A stretch of DNA of 64,000 bases. Source: Eledone cirrhosa (Eukaryota). The stretch covers positions 240,436,001-240,500,000 of the forward strand of contig OZ024741.1 in the NCBI GenBank assembly GCA_964016885.1, given 5' to 3'. Below are positions 43,732 through 56,676 of this stretch, one piece after another; position 1 is the stretch's first letter, and the number at the start of each line of letters is the position of its first letter. The translations under genes and the position numbers were made by a program. Below the pieces are notes generated by a model. The model saw only the letters and a program-made list of their open reading frames with translations. It ran no database searches and was not told the DNA's origin.

Positions 43732-44068
43732 AGAAAAATACAGGAGAAGGAGGACATCTATGGATCATTGATGAGGAGTTTGCAAATCCAGTATCCAAGA
43801 TACACCTTCAGCTTCATACCCATCATTATTGGAGCTATGGGTTATATACCAACCCGTTTGGACCAAAGTATGACTGAACTTGGATTTACGGACAAAGAGC
43901 GCAGCTCCCTAATTCATAGTCTACAAATGGCTGCGATAGCTGGCACCTTCAAAATTTGCAAAACATTCTTGCGATTCAAGAGATGACAATTTCTTTTCTT
44001 TTACAACCTTGCTACCAGGAAGGTGGCCGGTCAAAAAAATATACTCGAAATTAAGAGAAAGAGATAGC
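43732..44068 (+). mobile_element. 3' end of a non-LTR retrotransposon with restriction-like endonuclease (R4/Dong/NeSL-type), 5'-truncated
   Basis: Peptide EKEDIYGSL...IPIIIGAMGYIP...LG...LQMAAIAGTFKICKTFL matches the C-terminal pattern of RLE domains. Short 3' UTR. (CATA)n on both sides. Confidence 0.7.
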
Positions 44069-44513
44069 ATACATACATACATACATATACATACATATAT
44101 ATATATATATATATACCAAATTTAGTATTCATTTCTTACATTCTGGGGAATAAAATTGGTATTGATTGATTTGGCACCAGTATATAACTGGTATTAATTT
44201 ATTCAGCATGGAGTATCATGAAAGGCATTGTCAAGGTGGAAACATGGTTATAGGGCACTGGTATGGTTGTGGCGTTAATGTTTTCTCTTCAAACCCAATG
44301 TTTTTGAGTTTAATCTTCAGAAAGTATCTTCTTTCAAAGGCTTGGATTAAACAATACATTCTAATAATTGGAATATTTCATATGTATCAACTCAATGTAG
44401 TACAGATGCATTTCCTTGTAATACTATTTTATGTATGTAGTATGTATATATATATCAGTTTTGAAGGTACACTATGTATTTTCTGTGTTAAATCTAAGTC
44501 TTGTGGGAGTACT

Positions 44514-44692
44514 CTATGTAATATAACTATAGTGTCTTGTAGTGCTATTCTTTGTATGCTGTGCATATATATACAGAAGTATCATATACATATATATGTG
44601 TGTGTGTGTATATATATAGATATACACACACACACACACACACATATATATACACACATATATATATACATGTATATAATATTTCTGCATAT

Positions 44693-44735
<43 letters not shown>

Positions 44736-44781
44736 GCATACAGAGAACAACACTACAAGACACTATAGTTATATTACATAG
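44514..44781. repeat. Inverted repeat with microsatellite-filled centre
   Basis: ctatgtaatataactatagtgtcttgtagtg...tatgctgtgcatat is mirrored by atatgcacagcata...cactacaagacactatagttatattacatag. Confidence 0.85.
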
Positions 44782-44877
44782 TTATATTATACATGTATAT
44801 AGATGTGTGTGTGTGTATGTATATATATGTGCGTGTGTGTGTATGTATATTTTGTTTACTTTTTGTTTACTGTCTCA

Positions 44878-44935
<58 letters not shown>

Positions 44936-45168
44936 ATATTATATATATCTATTTAACTGCATCTATAATTCCCAAGACACCTATTTTTATTTAGGTTGTT
45001 TCTGTTGTCACTGCTCACCCAACTCTATATATATCTGTTTCCAGTTCTTTATATTAGTATAATTTTTAAAGAGATAGATTGTTTGTCTATTGAAATGTAT
45101 ACATTGTTTAGAAGACAGTTCTTTTCTTGTGGTCATCTTTAACAAATGTATATAGACAGTTTGACTGA

Positions 45169-45360
45169 ACTCTCAACATCCTGTAATGTTTCTGCAGGAA
45201 ATATCTAAAAATGGGTTTGTTAATTCAAATGCTTATGGTATTTTTACTAGTGGACAGATCATTGTGAACATTTGCAGTAAACTAAATGAAAGACTTTAAT
45301 TTTTAAGGTGATGTATAGTGCTGTTTTGTATTTTTTTTCAAGAATGTCTTGCTAATGTAA
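45169..45360. mobile_element. piggyBac-type MITE family A, degenerate and truncated
   Basis: Homologous to 6574-6770. Confidence 0.7.
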
Positions 45361-45619
45361 ATGTATTGGCCGATGTATGTAGACTGTAAATGTGTACTGG
45401 TGAGGACAGTAGTTACAATTGGAAGAGACCTGCTATTTGATTTGAACAATTGTTGAGTACTGAAAATAGAAGAGGCTAACAGTGGAAGAAAACTACAAAT
45501 GGTATTAAAAGAAATAACTCATCACTGTTTATAACACTATTCCACCCTGGCAAATCACACCCCACCATACATACATAACTTCATGCTTATCTCCCTTTTC
45601 TGCACTTTATCCCACCCCT

Positions 45620-46560
45620 GCAGAACTGAGATGGCTTTTCAGTTGGGACAACTAACAACCACTCTAGTATTGGTGCCATGAAAATGTACCCAGTACAATC
45701 TGTAAGGTGATTGATAATAGGAAGAGCATCCCACTGAAGAAACCATGCCAAAAGGGTTGAGAGGACCCTTCAGTTGCGTCAATGGCATGAAAACCCCTCT
45801 AGTGTTGGTGATCTACACCAGTGGTCTCCAACATTTTTTATACCATGGACTGGCTTCATGTCGGAGAATCTTTCCATGGACCAGTAGTTGCACTTGTGTG
45901 ATTTAAGTGCATTTCGATAAAAAAAATAATAATAATAAGAGAAATTTATTAAAGGGAAGAAAAAGTGTATGAGTATATGAATATTGAATATTTAAACAAA
46001 TCTTTTTAAAATTAAAGTCCAATATTCAATTTATCTATTATATAATTTTAAACAAGTTCATTATTTCTTTCAGCCTAGTAGCAAATGATCCACGGATCGG
46101 TACTGGTCTGGTGGTTGGGGACCTCTGATATACACAATAAATGCACCCAGTACACATTATAAAGTTGTTGGTGATAGGAAGGTCATCTAGCCATAGATAG
46201 CTTGCCAAAGAAAAAGGATTGGGAGGATCCTTCAGTTGTGTCAAGGACATGACAACCTTCATAGTATTGTTGATCTACATGATAAACACACCCAGTACAT
46301 GCTGTAAAGTGGTTGGTGATATGAAGGGCATCAACTGTAGAAAGTTTGCCAAATAAAATGTTGGGAAGACTCTTCAGTTATGCCAAAACATGACAGCTTC
46401 CTTAATGCTTGTGCCATGATAAAATGCATTCAGAAGAGCTTGGAACTGTTTGTAAGTTAGAATGCAGGCTCCTTGTCTGTCTGGGATGTCAGTGGACCTG
46501 CTTCAGTATAGACCTGGTCTGTTATGTCCAATCCTTGCTAGCTGGGAAAGCAAATGTAAA
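45620..46560 (+). repeat. Degenerate ~145-bp tandem repeat built from an RTE/SINE 3' UTR motif
   Basis: Repeated aaatgcacccagtaca...aaagtggttggtgataggaagggcatc...ccttcagttg...catgacaac units. Similar array at 61870-62390. Confidence 0.7.
45819..46127. mobile_element. hAT (Charlie/MER1-like) MITE
   Basis: TIRs CAGTGGTCTCCAAC / GTTGGGGACCTCTG. 8-bp TSD atctacac / atatacac. Confidence 0.85.
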
Positions 46561-46564
46561 TAAA

Positions 46565-46712
46565 AATTGTTTCTACTTTTAGCACAAGGCCAGCAATTAT
46601 CCCAGTGCATTACTGGTACTTTATTTTATCGACCCCGTAAGTCAACCTCGGCGGGATTTGAACTCAGATCATAAAGGGCCGTAACTCTATGCTACAAAGC
46701 ATAGTGTCCGAT
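46565..46712 (-). mobile_element. SINE family S1
   Basis: Matches 15582-15740. Confidence 0.85.
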
Positions 46713-46964
46713 TTGTAAATGTAAATAATAATGATGATGATAATGACTGTAGTAATTGTATGGTCAACTTTGTCTTTCTACTGTTTTAGATCAATATAAA
46801 AGTATCAGTCCAGTATTGGGGTCAATTCTTCTTCTATATCTTTTACTTACTTCTGCTCTACAACTTTCTTTCCTTCCCTGGAAGAATTCTGATATGTTCA
46901 GACCTGGAAATGGGATGAATTTTGCCAGATTTAAAATGACTATGACACTATGGTTCCCTTTTAG

Positions 46965-47270
46965 TTCAATCTGGAGCAGATACAAACTATGCAGTGTGGA
47001 AATGCCTAATCAGACTAAGATCTGGTGTTCGACGTGCAAAAGTCACTCTTGCAAAATGGGGATATTCAAAGGATGAGGATGTTGTGTGTAACTGTGGCAT
47101 TGAACCACAGACTACACAGCACCTCCTGATATATCCCCTGCTGGAACACCCCTGCACAGCGTTGGACTTTGCAGAGTTTAATGAGAAGCGACAGCAATGT
47201 GTTCAGCTGTGGTGGAACTACATTTAGCCAAACTTTGTAACTGACCCTCTTGTGGACACGACAAGAAGAA
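46965..47270 (+). mobile_element. 3' end of an Ingi/Vingi-like LINE
   Basis: Peptide WKCLIRLRSGVRRAKVTLAKWGY...CNCG...QTTQHLLI(Y)P, a decayed CCHC knuckle. Ends in gacacgacaagaagaa. Confidence 0.65.
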
Positions 47271-47339
47271 TTCAATCAAGAATTTCTGGTCCATATATAG
47301 ACATACAGTATGGTGTGGTTGTGTGCTATAGTTGTAAGT

Positions 47340-47545
47340 TGTGGTTTATTGTCAAGGAGATTCAGCATTACAAGATGGACATCTGTGCATTGAGTGAGAC
47401 TCATTTCCCTGAAGAGGCCATTGTAGATATTGAATGTAGCTATATATTCTTCTGAAAAGTGTTTCCAGAACACCCAGGTCATGGTGTTGGTCTGGTTATC
47501 AGAAATGTGCTACTTTCAAAACTTCCTGGATCTCCCATTTATCAT
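47340..47545 (+). pseudogene. Decayed APE endonuclease N-terminus of an RTE-like LINE
   Basis: KEIQHYKMDICALSETHF...YIFF*...HGVGLVIRN motifs. Confidence 0.7.
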
Positions 47546-47994
47546 TGTGGAAGATATGTAGTGGACTAGCATTGCCATTAGAATGTTAGACAAATGATTA
47601 GCAGTATTTGTTTGGTGCTTTACATTTTCTGTTCAGATCATGCTGAGATCAGCTTTATCTTTCATCTTTCCAAGGTCAATAAAATAAAGTACTGGGACCT
47701 ATATAATTGACTTTCCCTTCCCTCAAATTTCTGGACTTGTGCCGATGTTCGAAACCATTATTGTGCAAGTGGTTGAGCATTCCATAGACTCATGTTAATT
47801 TGTGTGACAAGAGTGGTCCTTCAAGTTACAGATACATCCCATCCAATGGGCATCCACACGACTTCTGACCACTAAGTTTCACTCACAATGCTTGCATCAA
47901 CCCGAGACTATGATAAAAGATACTTTACTCAATAGGATAATATCTTACATATAAGCAGCTGAGATAGATACATACATGATCAGAATATTGATAC

Positions 47995-48198
47995 AATGTG
48001 TGTGGCTTCGTAGTTAGAGAATTCGATTCACAATTGTGTGGTGGTGAATTCAATTCTTGGGCCAGGCAATGAGTTGTGTCTTTGAGCAAGATGCTATACT
48101 GCATGCTGCTCCTCCTGCTAGAAGTTGCAACTGGGATATAGTATAAGCAATTGGAAAGACCAATGGAAACATTGTTTCCTTGGTCCAATTTGATGAGT
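47995..48198 (+). mobile_element. tRNA-derived CORE-like SINE
   Basis: Homologous to 15229-15432 (gtgtctttgagcaagatgct ... aagcaattggaaagaccaatggaaacattgtttcct). Confidence 0.72.
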
Positions 48199-48729
48199 TC
48201 CACCCCATTCGGTAAGTGTGTGAAGTCTGGGATCTTATTTGTTCCTGGATGGACTAATACACCAATATATGGTGTTGTATACTGAAGATAATGGAAATAT
48301 GGTGTTTGTAGGGTGAGATGGGAATTAATAATGAGTGGACATTGGCCAGTGAAAAGAAGAGGATCATTGGCCAATGGTATGGAAGCTTTTCAATGAAGAA
48401 GTTTAATCAAATTAAATTTATGATGTGTCACTTCTACTTCATGTGATAGAATAAAACAGATACATTAATAATCTCAGCTTTCAGTTAAGCACTGATATTG
48501 TAATATTGGCCATGTTTGTTCATCTCTCTGTTTGTATATGCATATATACACACACACACACAAGTTTACACATGCATGTGTGAGTATTTATAGCTATATA
48601 CATATGTGTATATGTGCATGTGTATATATGTATGTATATATATGTGTGTGTGTGTGTGTATGTATATGTGTGTATGTATATAAATGTGTGTGTATGAGTG
48701 TCAGCATGGAAAAATATGTGAAGATGATG

Positions 48730-48781
<52 letters not shown>

Positions 48782-48825
48782 ACATACACACATACACACA
48801 TACATACACACACACATATATATAT

Positions 48826-48860
<35 letters not shown>

Positions 48861-48885
48861 TTGGTAGAATATTATTTAGTCCAAT

Positions 48886-49074
48886 AAGGTGGATTGGCAG
48901 TATAGGTAGAGGGTCGGACGCTATGCTTTGACACACAGAGTTACAGCTCTTGCCATCTGAGTTCAAATCCTGCCAAGGTTGACTTTGCCTTTCATCCTTA
49001 CGGGGTCGATAAAATAAAGTACCAGTAATGCACTGATAAATTGCTGGCCTTGTGCCAAAAGTAGAAACAATTAT
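48886..49074 (+). mobile_element. SINE family S1 with target-site duplication
   Basis: Near-full S1 body flanked by attatttagtccaata / attatttagttcaata. Confidence 0.88.
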
Positions 49075-49295
49075 TTAGTTCAATACCATTCATTCTGAGT
49101 TCCAATCCGACCATATTTGACTTTATTGTGTCAAGTTTACAAATTTGTAGTCTTTTGTTAATATTAGAAACCATTTTTATAAGAACTGCTTCATCACAGA
49201 GTGTGTCTTCTGATTGATTTGTACCTACATTTTTACCAATAACATTGGTAGTTCATAGGAGATGTGGATTTTAACTACATATATTTGTATTCTAA

Positions 49296-49297
<2 letters not shown>

Positions 49298-49326
<29 letters not shown>

Positions 49327-50283
49327 GTTTAACGTCCATCTTCCACGCTTGCATGGGTTTGGACGGGAGTTTTTCCACTTGAGTCAAGAGTGGTTGTCTT
49401 GCTCGTATAGGACTGTCTGGCAGGTTTTCTACGGCTGGATGCCCTTCCTAACACCAACCACGTTTACAGTGTGGACTGGGAGGTTTTTACCGTGTTACCT
49501 ACACGGCCACATTACAGCGTGGACTGTGTGTTTTTTTTGTTGTGACACCTACACGACCTCATTTGTTTTGGACTGGATGTTGTGGTACCAACATAACTTT
49601 ACATTGAAAGGGGTGGTGTGGATGGGGTGGGGGTAGTGGGACGGGGTGTATTTTGTTAGAGGTGCCTACTGACTGTAGTAGGTTTCACTTTGTACTTAGG
49701 TAAGGCAGGTCTTCTCTATTACTGTGTAGTGCCAAAGGTCTCGGTCCAGTGACATTGTCTTGGAGAGGTGTAAGTGTGTGAGGTCGGAATTTATCAAGTC
49801 GTCCCAGGTTTTTCTGGGTCGGCCTACTCCATGGCTACCGTCTATTTTTATTGCCCTACACTTTTTTATACAGCTGTCGTCTTTCATGCGCATCACGTGA
49901 CCATACCAACGTAGTCTTCTCTCGAGTAAACAACATCTGATCCCTCTTCTTTCTAATTTTTCCCTTAGTTCGTTTATGCTTTGCCGTTCACGTATATTAC
50001 TATTACACATCTAGTGGAGCATGCAAGCTTCGTTCCTCTCTAGTCTGCGTATATCCTCTGCACACAATGCCCAGGTCTCACTGCCATGTAACATTGCTGT
50101 TCGTATGCAGGCATCATACAGCCTGCCTTTCATTTTTAGAGAGAAACCTTTAGCGGCTAATAGTGGTATAAGCTCTCTGAACTTTTTCCATCCAGTTCTG
50201 ACTCTAGCTACTGTACTTTCAGAGCACCCTTCCCCACTGCTGATTTTGTCACCCAGGTAACGGAAGGTGTCCACTATTTCTAT
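49298..50283 (-). mobile_element. 5'-truncated RTE LINE, same family as 58852-61602
   Basis: (CAT)n tail. ORF pieces 50011-50283 and 49696-50010 are nearly identical to the C-terminus of the 59062 ORF, with a TGG>TAG nonsense change at ~50011. Confidence 0.93.
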
Positions 50284-51245
50284 ATCATTTCCAATTATTG
50301 TCAACTTTGCCATTCATCCTTCTAGAGTAGGTAAACCATGTATAGAGGTTGCTTCAGTGGTATATATTCTAAAATTGAAACAGTTTACATTCCACCAGTC
50401 AGCTCTCCCCACCCTCTCAATACTGTCATTTCTAATGAAAGACACATTTTCAAATAATTTTGAAAATAATCAAGAATTTAGAAACAGTTTTTAATACAAC
50501 TTTCTCATTATTTATCTGGTGTTTGTAACATAAATTAACAAAGGTTCCTATTTAAAATTATGATGGAAGGTTTTTAGATAAATATATACACTGCATAATA
50601 TACAGTTTTGCATTGTAGAACTAAGGGCCGACTCAGAGGGTTTAATATCAAAAGGGTTAACTGTAGTTAGGCTTCATAGTTTAAAACATTTTTTTATAGT
50701 TAACTTCATATTTAGAGTGTATATTTACAATTTTTCCACTACATTTCGGTTGGTTTGATGTCTGAGATAAATATAACATACCCAGGAATAAGTCATCTGA
50801 TGACAATCGGAGATTGAACCGTAGTGTAAATATTGTAATTATACGCTCAGAAGATTGGCTTAATTGTCTGGAAAATTATCATCTGAATCATAATAATTTA
50901 TCTGAGAACATTAGACAAAGTTTTCTTTTTCTGTGGTGCCATAATAGACATTTCAAGTAAGTGAGAAATGTCAACCAAGTCAGTAACCTAAAGGATATAT
51001 ATAAAGTATAAAATATCTTAGGTTATTTTAAAGACATATGCCACCACTTTCTTTATATTTGATTGTAGTGTAGATCAATATATAAAGTATATGCCACCAC
51101 CTAATGGTTATTTAATTGTAGTATAGAGCACAGGTTTCAAAACCTATTTTATCACAGAACCTTTATATAATTTTTCAAAGTTGCAGAAATCGTGCCTGAT
51201 ATTTTATGAACACTCCCCACCACCTTAGTTTTAATAAGCTATTAA

Positions 51246-51461
51246 CTCTTAACATCTTATAACGATTTAGCAGAAAATATCTAAAAACATGTTTCTTTAT
51301 AATTCACATGTTTATAGTATCTTTACTGGTGGATAGATTATTTTGAAAATTTACAGTAAATTAAAGTCTGAAATTTATAATATTTGGTAATCATAGTACT
51401 GTTTTGTATTTTTCAAAAGTATCTTGCTAATGCAGTTTCATGCAGTAAAGAATGTTCAGAG
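51246..51461. mobile_element. piggyBac-type MITE family A
   Basis: TTAA flanks. CTCTTAACATCTT / AAGAATGTTCAGAG ends. Homologous to 6574-6787. Confidence 0.8.
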
Positions 51462-51684
51462 TTAAATGAAGCAAAAATTGTTTTAGAGAGAGAATTTATT
51501 CATATAAAAAAAAACGTATATATATATATATACTGAATATACATGTGTAAAAGTCGCACAAGTTGATAAGTCATCCATCTATTTTGTATACAATATTTAC
51601 AATGCACCTTATATTTTGAAATGAGGGTTTGTAGGTTCAGTAGATATGTCACATGCCAGTTTCTCATGCCATATTTTTGTAGAA

Positions 51685-52192
51685 AACATATACTTAATAC
51701 TCAACTGTTTTCAATCCTCTCCTGGATGAAACCTCAGCAACTATGCTGGTTTGGAGCCTACCTATCTATGATGGCCAGGTGTGAGTTGGACAGGATACAG
51801 AATTCAAACACAAATCGCAAAGACCCAGAACAGTTAATAATGAATATATGCAGTAATAATTTTAATAAAATTTTATTCAGGCAATTTATCTCAAAGTTGT
51901 AAGCACATTGGATTAAATGCTTCAACATTTTTGTTCTGGTTCTTTATGCTCTCAGTGTCATTCGTTCGGAGTTGATAAAGTATCAACTCTTAGTAGTGGA
52001 ATGGTGGAATTATTAGAGTATTCAATGAGATGGTTTTTGTTAACTGTTCTGGGTCTTTGCGATTTGTGTTTGAATTCTGTATCCTGTCCAACTCACACCT
52101 GGCCATCATAGATAGGTAGGCTCCAAACCAGCATAGTTGCTGAGGTTTCATCCAGGAGGGGATTGAAAACAGTTGAGTATTAAGTATATGTT
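51685..52192. repeat. Near-perfect inverted repeat, ~153-bp arms (51685-51837, 52040-52192), ~200-bp spacer
   Basis: The arms are reverse complements with about one mismatch. Confidence 0.92.
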
Positions 52193-52314
52193 ATAACAGA
52201 CATGATGAGAGTTGGAGCTCACTGAAATATCAAACTGTGTCCTTCACATGTCTCATTGATAGTATTTTTGATTTGTTTTGTGCAGATGGTCTGTACTTGT
52301 GGTTTGTGAGCACC

Positions 52315-52486
52315 CAGGCTCAGATTCAGTACTTTTGAGGCCCTTAGCACTAAAAAGATTATGGTGCCATCTCCATATATAAAGTCTGAAAAGAATTTGG
52401 AGGAATAACAAACATTTAATTTGAATAAAATGGTAACATTCTTTCCTTGATGCCCTAAACATGTGCTTATGGTTAATCCAGCCATG
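52315..52486. mobile_element. Old hAT-like MITE (second copy at 63744-63928)
   Basis: Degenerate TIRs caggctcagatt / aatccagccatg. Internal homology with 63744-63928. Confidence 0.6.
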
Positions 52487-52904
52487 TGTGTAGTTTGTGA
52501 TGATAAGTACACTGTTTTGTGTTTATTGTTGTTTGCTTTGCTGGGTTCCATATAGACCTGGTATAGCTTTCTGATGAAATCTAATGTATTGCTTGTACGC
52601 TAATTTGTTCTGGTGGCCAAATGTAGTACCTGTGATTGTTCAGTGTTTGCATGGCTGATGTTAGGAAGGGCATCCAGTTGTAGAACCCATGCCAAAATAT
52701 GGAACCTATGCATATCTTTCTGTTAGTATGTCTACCTGTCTGCTTGTATCTATCTTGCTCCCTACCTACCTACCTATCTATCTATTTGCGTTACCTATGC
52801 CAATCAATCTGTCTGTAGATCTGCCTGCTTGCTTTTATCTATCTGTCTGTCAGTTTGCCTGCTTGCCTTTATCTATCTGTCTGACTAGCCGTTCACAATT
52901 ACGT

Positions 52905-54675
52905 GTTCCATCTGACAGGGATGTCCTCTCTCCTCCATTCTGTACGTACTGACTCTAGAGCCACTACTGCGGAAGTTGGAGCTGCTGCAGCGCATCCCGT
53001 TGGAACCAGGACTGTGGAAAGCAGCATCAGCTTATGCTGATGGCATGACAGTATTGGTGTCGGAAACCTCAGAAATTGGGGCGATCGGCAACTTACTGCA
53101 AGAATACGAAAGGCTCACAGGAGCAAAACTGAACCTGGACAAGTCCGTCGGTTTGCAACTCGGAACGTGGAGAGGCAAACCGATGCAGTCCAACAGTGTA
53201 ATCGGACGCTGGACGGATGGACCGGTGAAATTGCTTGGGGTCTGGTTCGGTCCAGACCTCCAGGTGGAGAAAAACTGGAACAAGGTCACGGCCAAGGTAT
53301 TTGCGCTCACCCAGAAGTGGGCAGAGTGCAAACTATCCTTGAAAGGTCGAGCAGAAGTGGCGAATACTTTCATAGCATCTGTCATCTATGTTCACGGGGA
53401 CAAGGCATTACTGTCAAGCTTGACAGTAATGCCTTGTCCCCGTGAACACGTCATCAAGATGGAACACATGCTCTTCTGGTTCCTTTGGAAGAATCAGGCT
53501 CCACTGGTGAGGAGATCCGTCTGCTGTCAGCACCCTTCCAATGGAGGGCTGGGAATGCCGTGACTGATGATGCGGAAATATATGCTAAGACTACGGCATC
53601 TACAGGTATTCCCGACCGACCAACCGGTGTGGGCACTGTTTGTGAGACAGGCCTTCCCCCAACTTGTCTCACTGACGGAGCTGCAGTCCTGGGTCAAGTG
53701 GAGACCAAAGAAGATGGGCACCTGGTACATTGAATGTGCTCAGGCGCTCACAGTCCTCTGTCAAGCAAGCACAGCAATCAGTGGAGACTCCACTTCAACA
53801 TTCTATAGAGGGTTAGTACGTCACAAGGGTGACGACGTGCTCGCAGAGACTCCGGGCATCGAAGACGACGAACTCACCTGTCTGTTTGATAGGACTTTCT
53901 GCCTGGGACCTATGGACAACTTCCAGAGGTCCCTGGCCTGGCAGTGCTACCGAGGAGCTCTACCAGTTCGAGACAAGATCTACAGGCACGGATGCCCCGG
54001 CAGGGATCCTTCCAAGAGGACGTGTCCAAGATGCAAGCAGGACATTGAAACCGTCTTGCACGCAATTGTACACTGCCCAGGCGTAACCGACCTGTGGAAC
54101 TACGGAGAACAACTGCTGTTGTGTATGGGACAAATCAAGTTGACTACCGAGTCCATAGTAAGGATCAAACCGCCAACCTCTTTCAAAAATGAAAGAGAGG
54201 TGGTTTTCCTCTGTATAGTGGCTATGGTGAAAGAGGTTATATGTTGGACGAGATTGAGAGGACTGAGAACAGATGCCTTTATCTCCGGACAACAACTCAT
54301 TCCCTTCTTTAGGTACCACTTTAGAAGAAGAATCAGAGTGGAGAGAGAGGCACTGCACCCCAGTAAATTTACTGAAAGGTGGGTGAATGTGGCAAAAATG
54401 GCCCGAGTGATTGGGCCTTCTCTGTATATAAACCTGTAGGTTGAAGAAGAGGGCAAAAGGAAGAAGGGAGCACTTGCACAACACGCTCCTGAAGTTGAGG
54501 GTTGTTCTATCGATGCGGTATTAAACAACCCATTTGTGGCGCCTCCCCCCTATTGGGGATTTCGATTGTTTAATTTGTTTGTTTCAATATTTTTACACGA
54601 TTGTATGTAAAATCCCTGGCATGTGTCTTTGTTGTGTCCCCTTTTCTTGTGCACCCTTGTGGCAAATAAAGAAAT
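52905..54675 (+). mobile_element. 5'-truncated Tx1/L1-clade LINE: RT C-terminal half plus CCHC zinc knuckle, pseudogenised
   Basis: QGCPLSP, AYADG (YADD decayed), GAKLNLDKS, LSLKGR, GGLGMP, in-frame TGA at 53561, CPRC-X7-H-X4-C. 3' UTR ends cccttgtggcaaataaagaaa. Confidence 0.9.
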
Positions 54676-54679
54676 ATAT

Positions 54680-55880
54680 GTATTTCAATACAAAAACTCG
54701 CAACATCCACTCCCACATCACCACAGACCAGAGACAACAATACACACAAAACCCTACTGAAAAACCCTCCCTTGTCTCCTCCCTCTTCTCTGTCAAATAC
54801 TTCCACAAACACCTGCACAAACACTCCACCACACAACATACTCCTCCCATCTACCCCAGTTTCAGAAGTCTCAGACACAGGAACCTCTACATTTCCAAAT
54901 GAGGATGAAGAGGAACCCCAAAATTCCAAGGAACAAAAAAGTCACAGAAAAAATATAAAAACGAAAAAATCCACAGAAAACATGCACACACCGCCACAAA
55001 TGACAACCACACCAACAACACAATCACCACCACCACAGCCAAACACTTCACCAACAACACAAACACCCATACCACCACAATCACAAACTCCAACCACATA
55101 AAGAAAGCTACAAATAGAAACAGCACACATGAAAAGCAAAACATACTATACATACATAAGAACCATGAACAAAAAACTAGTAGAAACTGTCCAAAAGGAC
55201 TCCACCATCCAAACAGAAGGGAAAACTTTCCCAAATAATGACCCACCCACAAACCTGAAACTAATCAGGGTCACAATCCTGCAATACAAAACCATGAGAC
55301 AGAACTTCCCACATAACGTGCCCCCCTCTTGTCAAAACCCCCTTAACTGTGTCTTGCTAAAAGGATTCTCTCCCTTCCCAAGCACCTCCAATCTGGACAT
55401 GGAGATCGAACAAACCCATCCTCCAGGAAACTAAAAGGTAAATGTTCCTGCCTTTTTCTATCCCTAACTCTTCTTTGCCAATATGTCAACTGTATGAGTT
55501 GGATGTTTGAATTTGTGTGGCCTGGGGATGCCCTGGAAACAGGGCCAATTTATAAATAACCTCAGGTCACACTGTATGGATGTGATAGCCATCAGTGAGT
55601 CCAGGATTCACGACAAGCAGCAGTTAACCCCCATGTTCGATGACTTTTGATATCTACACATCTCTCTGTCAACCAGGAGGTGGAGAGGGAGTTGCTATTT
55701 TGTTTCGAAAAAATCTGAATCTCAAAGTCCAGACAATCTACTTGGACCCGGAGGGCAATTTGGTGGTCCTAGATGTGAATGGTAGTGAGATTGGAGCTTT
55801 CATACTTTTATGTAAAACCCCTGCTGTCACGTCTTGTAATGTCCCATTTCTTGTACGCCCTTGTGGCAAATAAAGAAAGA
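54680..55880 (+). mobile_element. Internally deleted Tx1-like LINE: low-complexity ORF1-like remnant, APE N-terminus, then 3' UTR
   Basis: From ~55482 MSTV*VGCLNLCGL...DVIAISESR...GGGEGVAILFRK...DPEGNLVVLDV (APE motifs), joined at ~55800 to a 3' end ...cccttgtggcaaataaagaaa like that of the upstream copy. Confidence 0.78.
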
Positions 55881-56217
55881 TATCTATCTATCTGTATGTT
55901 AACTAACATTGTAATATTTCTACTTTATTATAAACACGTCAACTTTAAGATCAACAACATGGTCCTTACACTTCCTCCACCACCCTACTACCACTACCAC
56001 AATCTCACGGCACTCTAAGTTTCTCCCATAAATCTTTCACTATTATTAATATATAATTTCACATGTCAGTAGAATATATATCTGTGGAACTCATAAAAAT
56101 AGATGCTGGATGATGAATCTTTTGATGCAAGGGATATATAATTGCAAAGAACATGTTTGACTCCTCCTTATATCTTCTCACCCTCTACTACTACTACTAC
56201 TACAACTGCTGCTATTG

Positions 56218-56265
<48 letters not shown>

Positions 56266-56676
56266 ATGTTGCTGACATTCACATAATTTACCAAGATATG
56301 CTTTTACTATGCTTTAGACATTTTGATTTATGGAAAACCCCATTAATTTAAATATTTCTCGAGCTTATGAACCAGAAATTAAAGTGGCTCTTGTAAAATA
56401 GAAATAATAATAATGATGATAATGATAATTTGTATAATAATGTTTGTCAAATCTGTCACAGCTATGATGACACGCTATAGGTTTGAGCAAGTTATTTTTA
56501 TTAGATACACACAAAGAGAAAAAAATGAAACCTACTGTAGATTTTTATAATTGTGAGCCAAACATGCTTAACCACTAAGCCGTAACTCACTCGGTATGCA
56601 AATGAGGCTACACAGCCGATGTATACTTAAGAAAATACTATATATTTTCAACCGTTCAACAGATTGGCAGAGTTAT

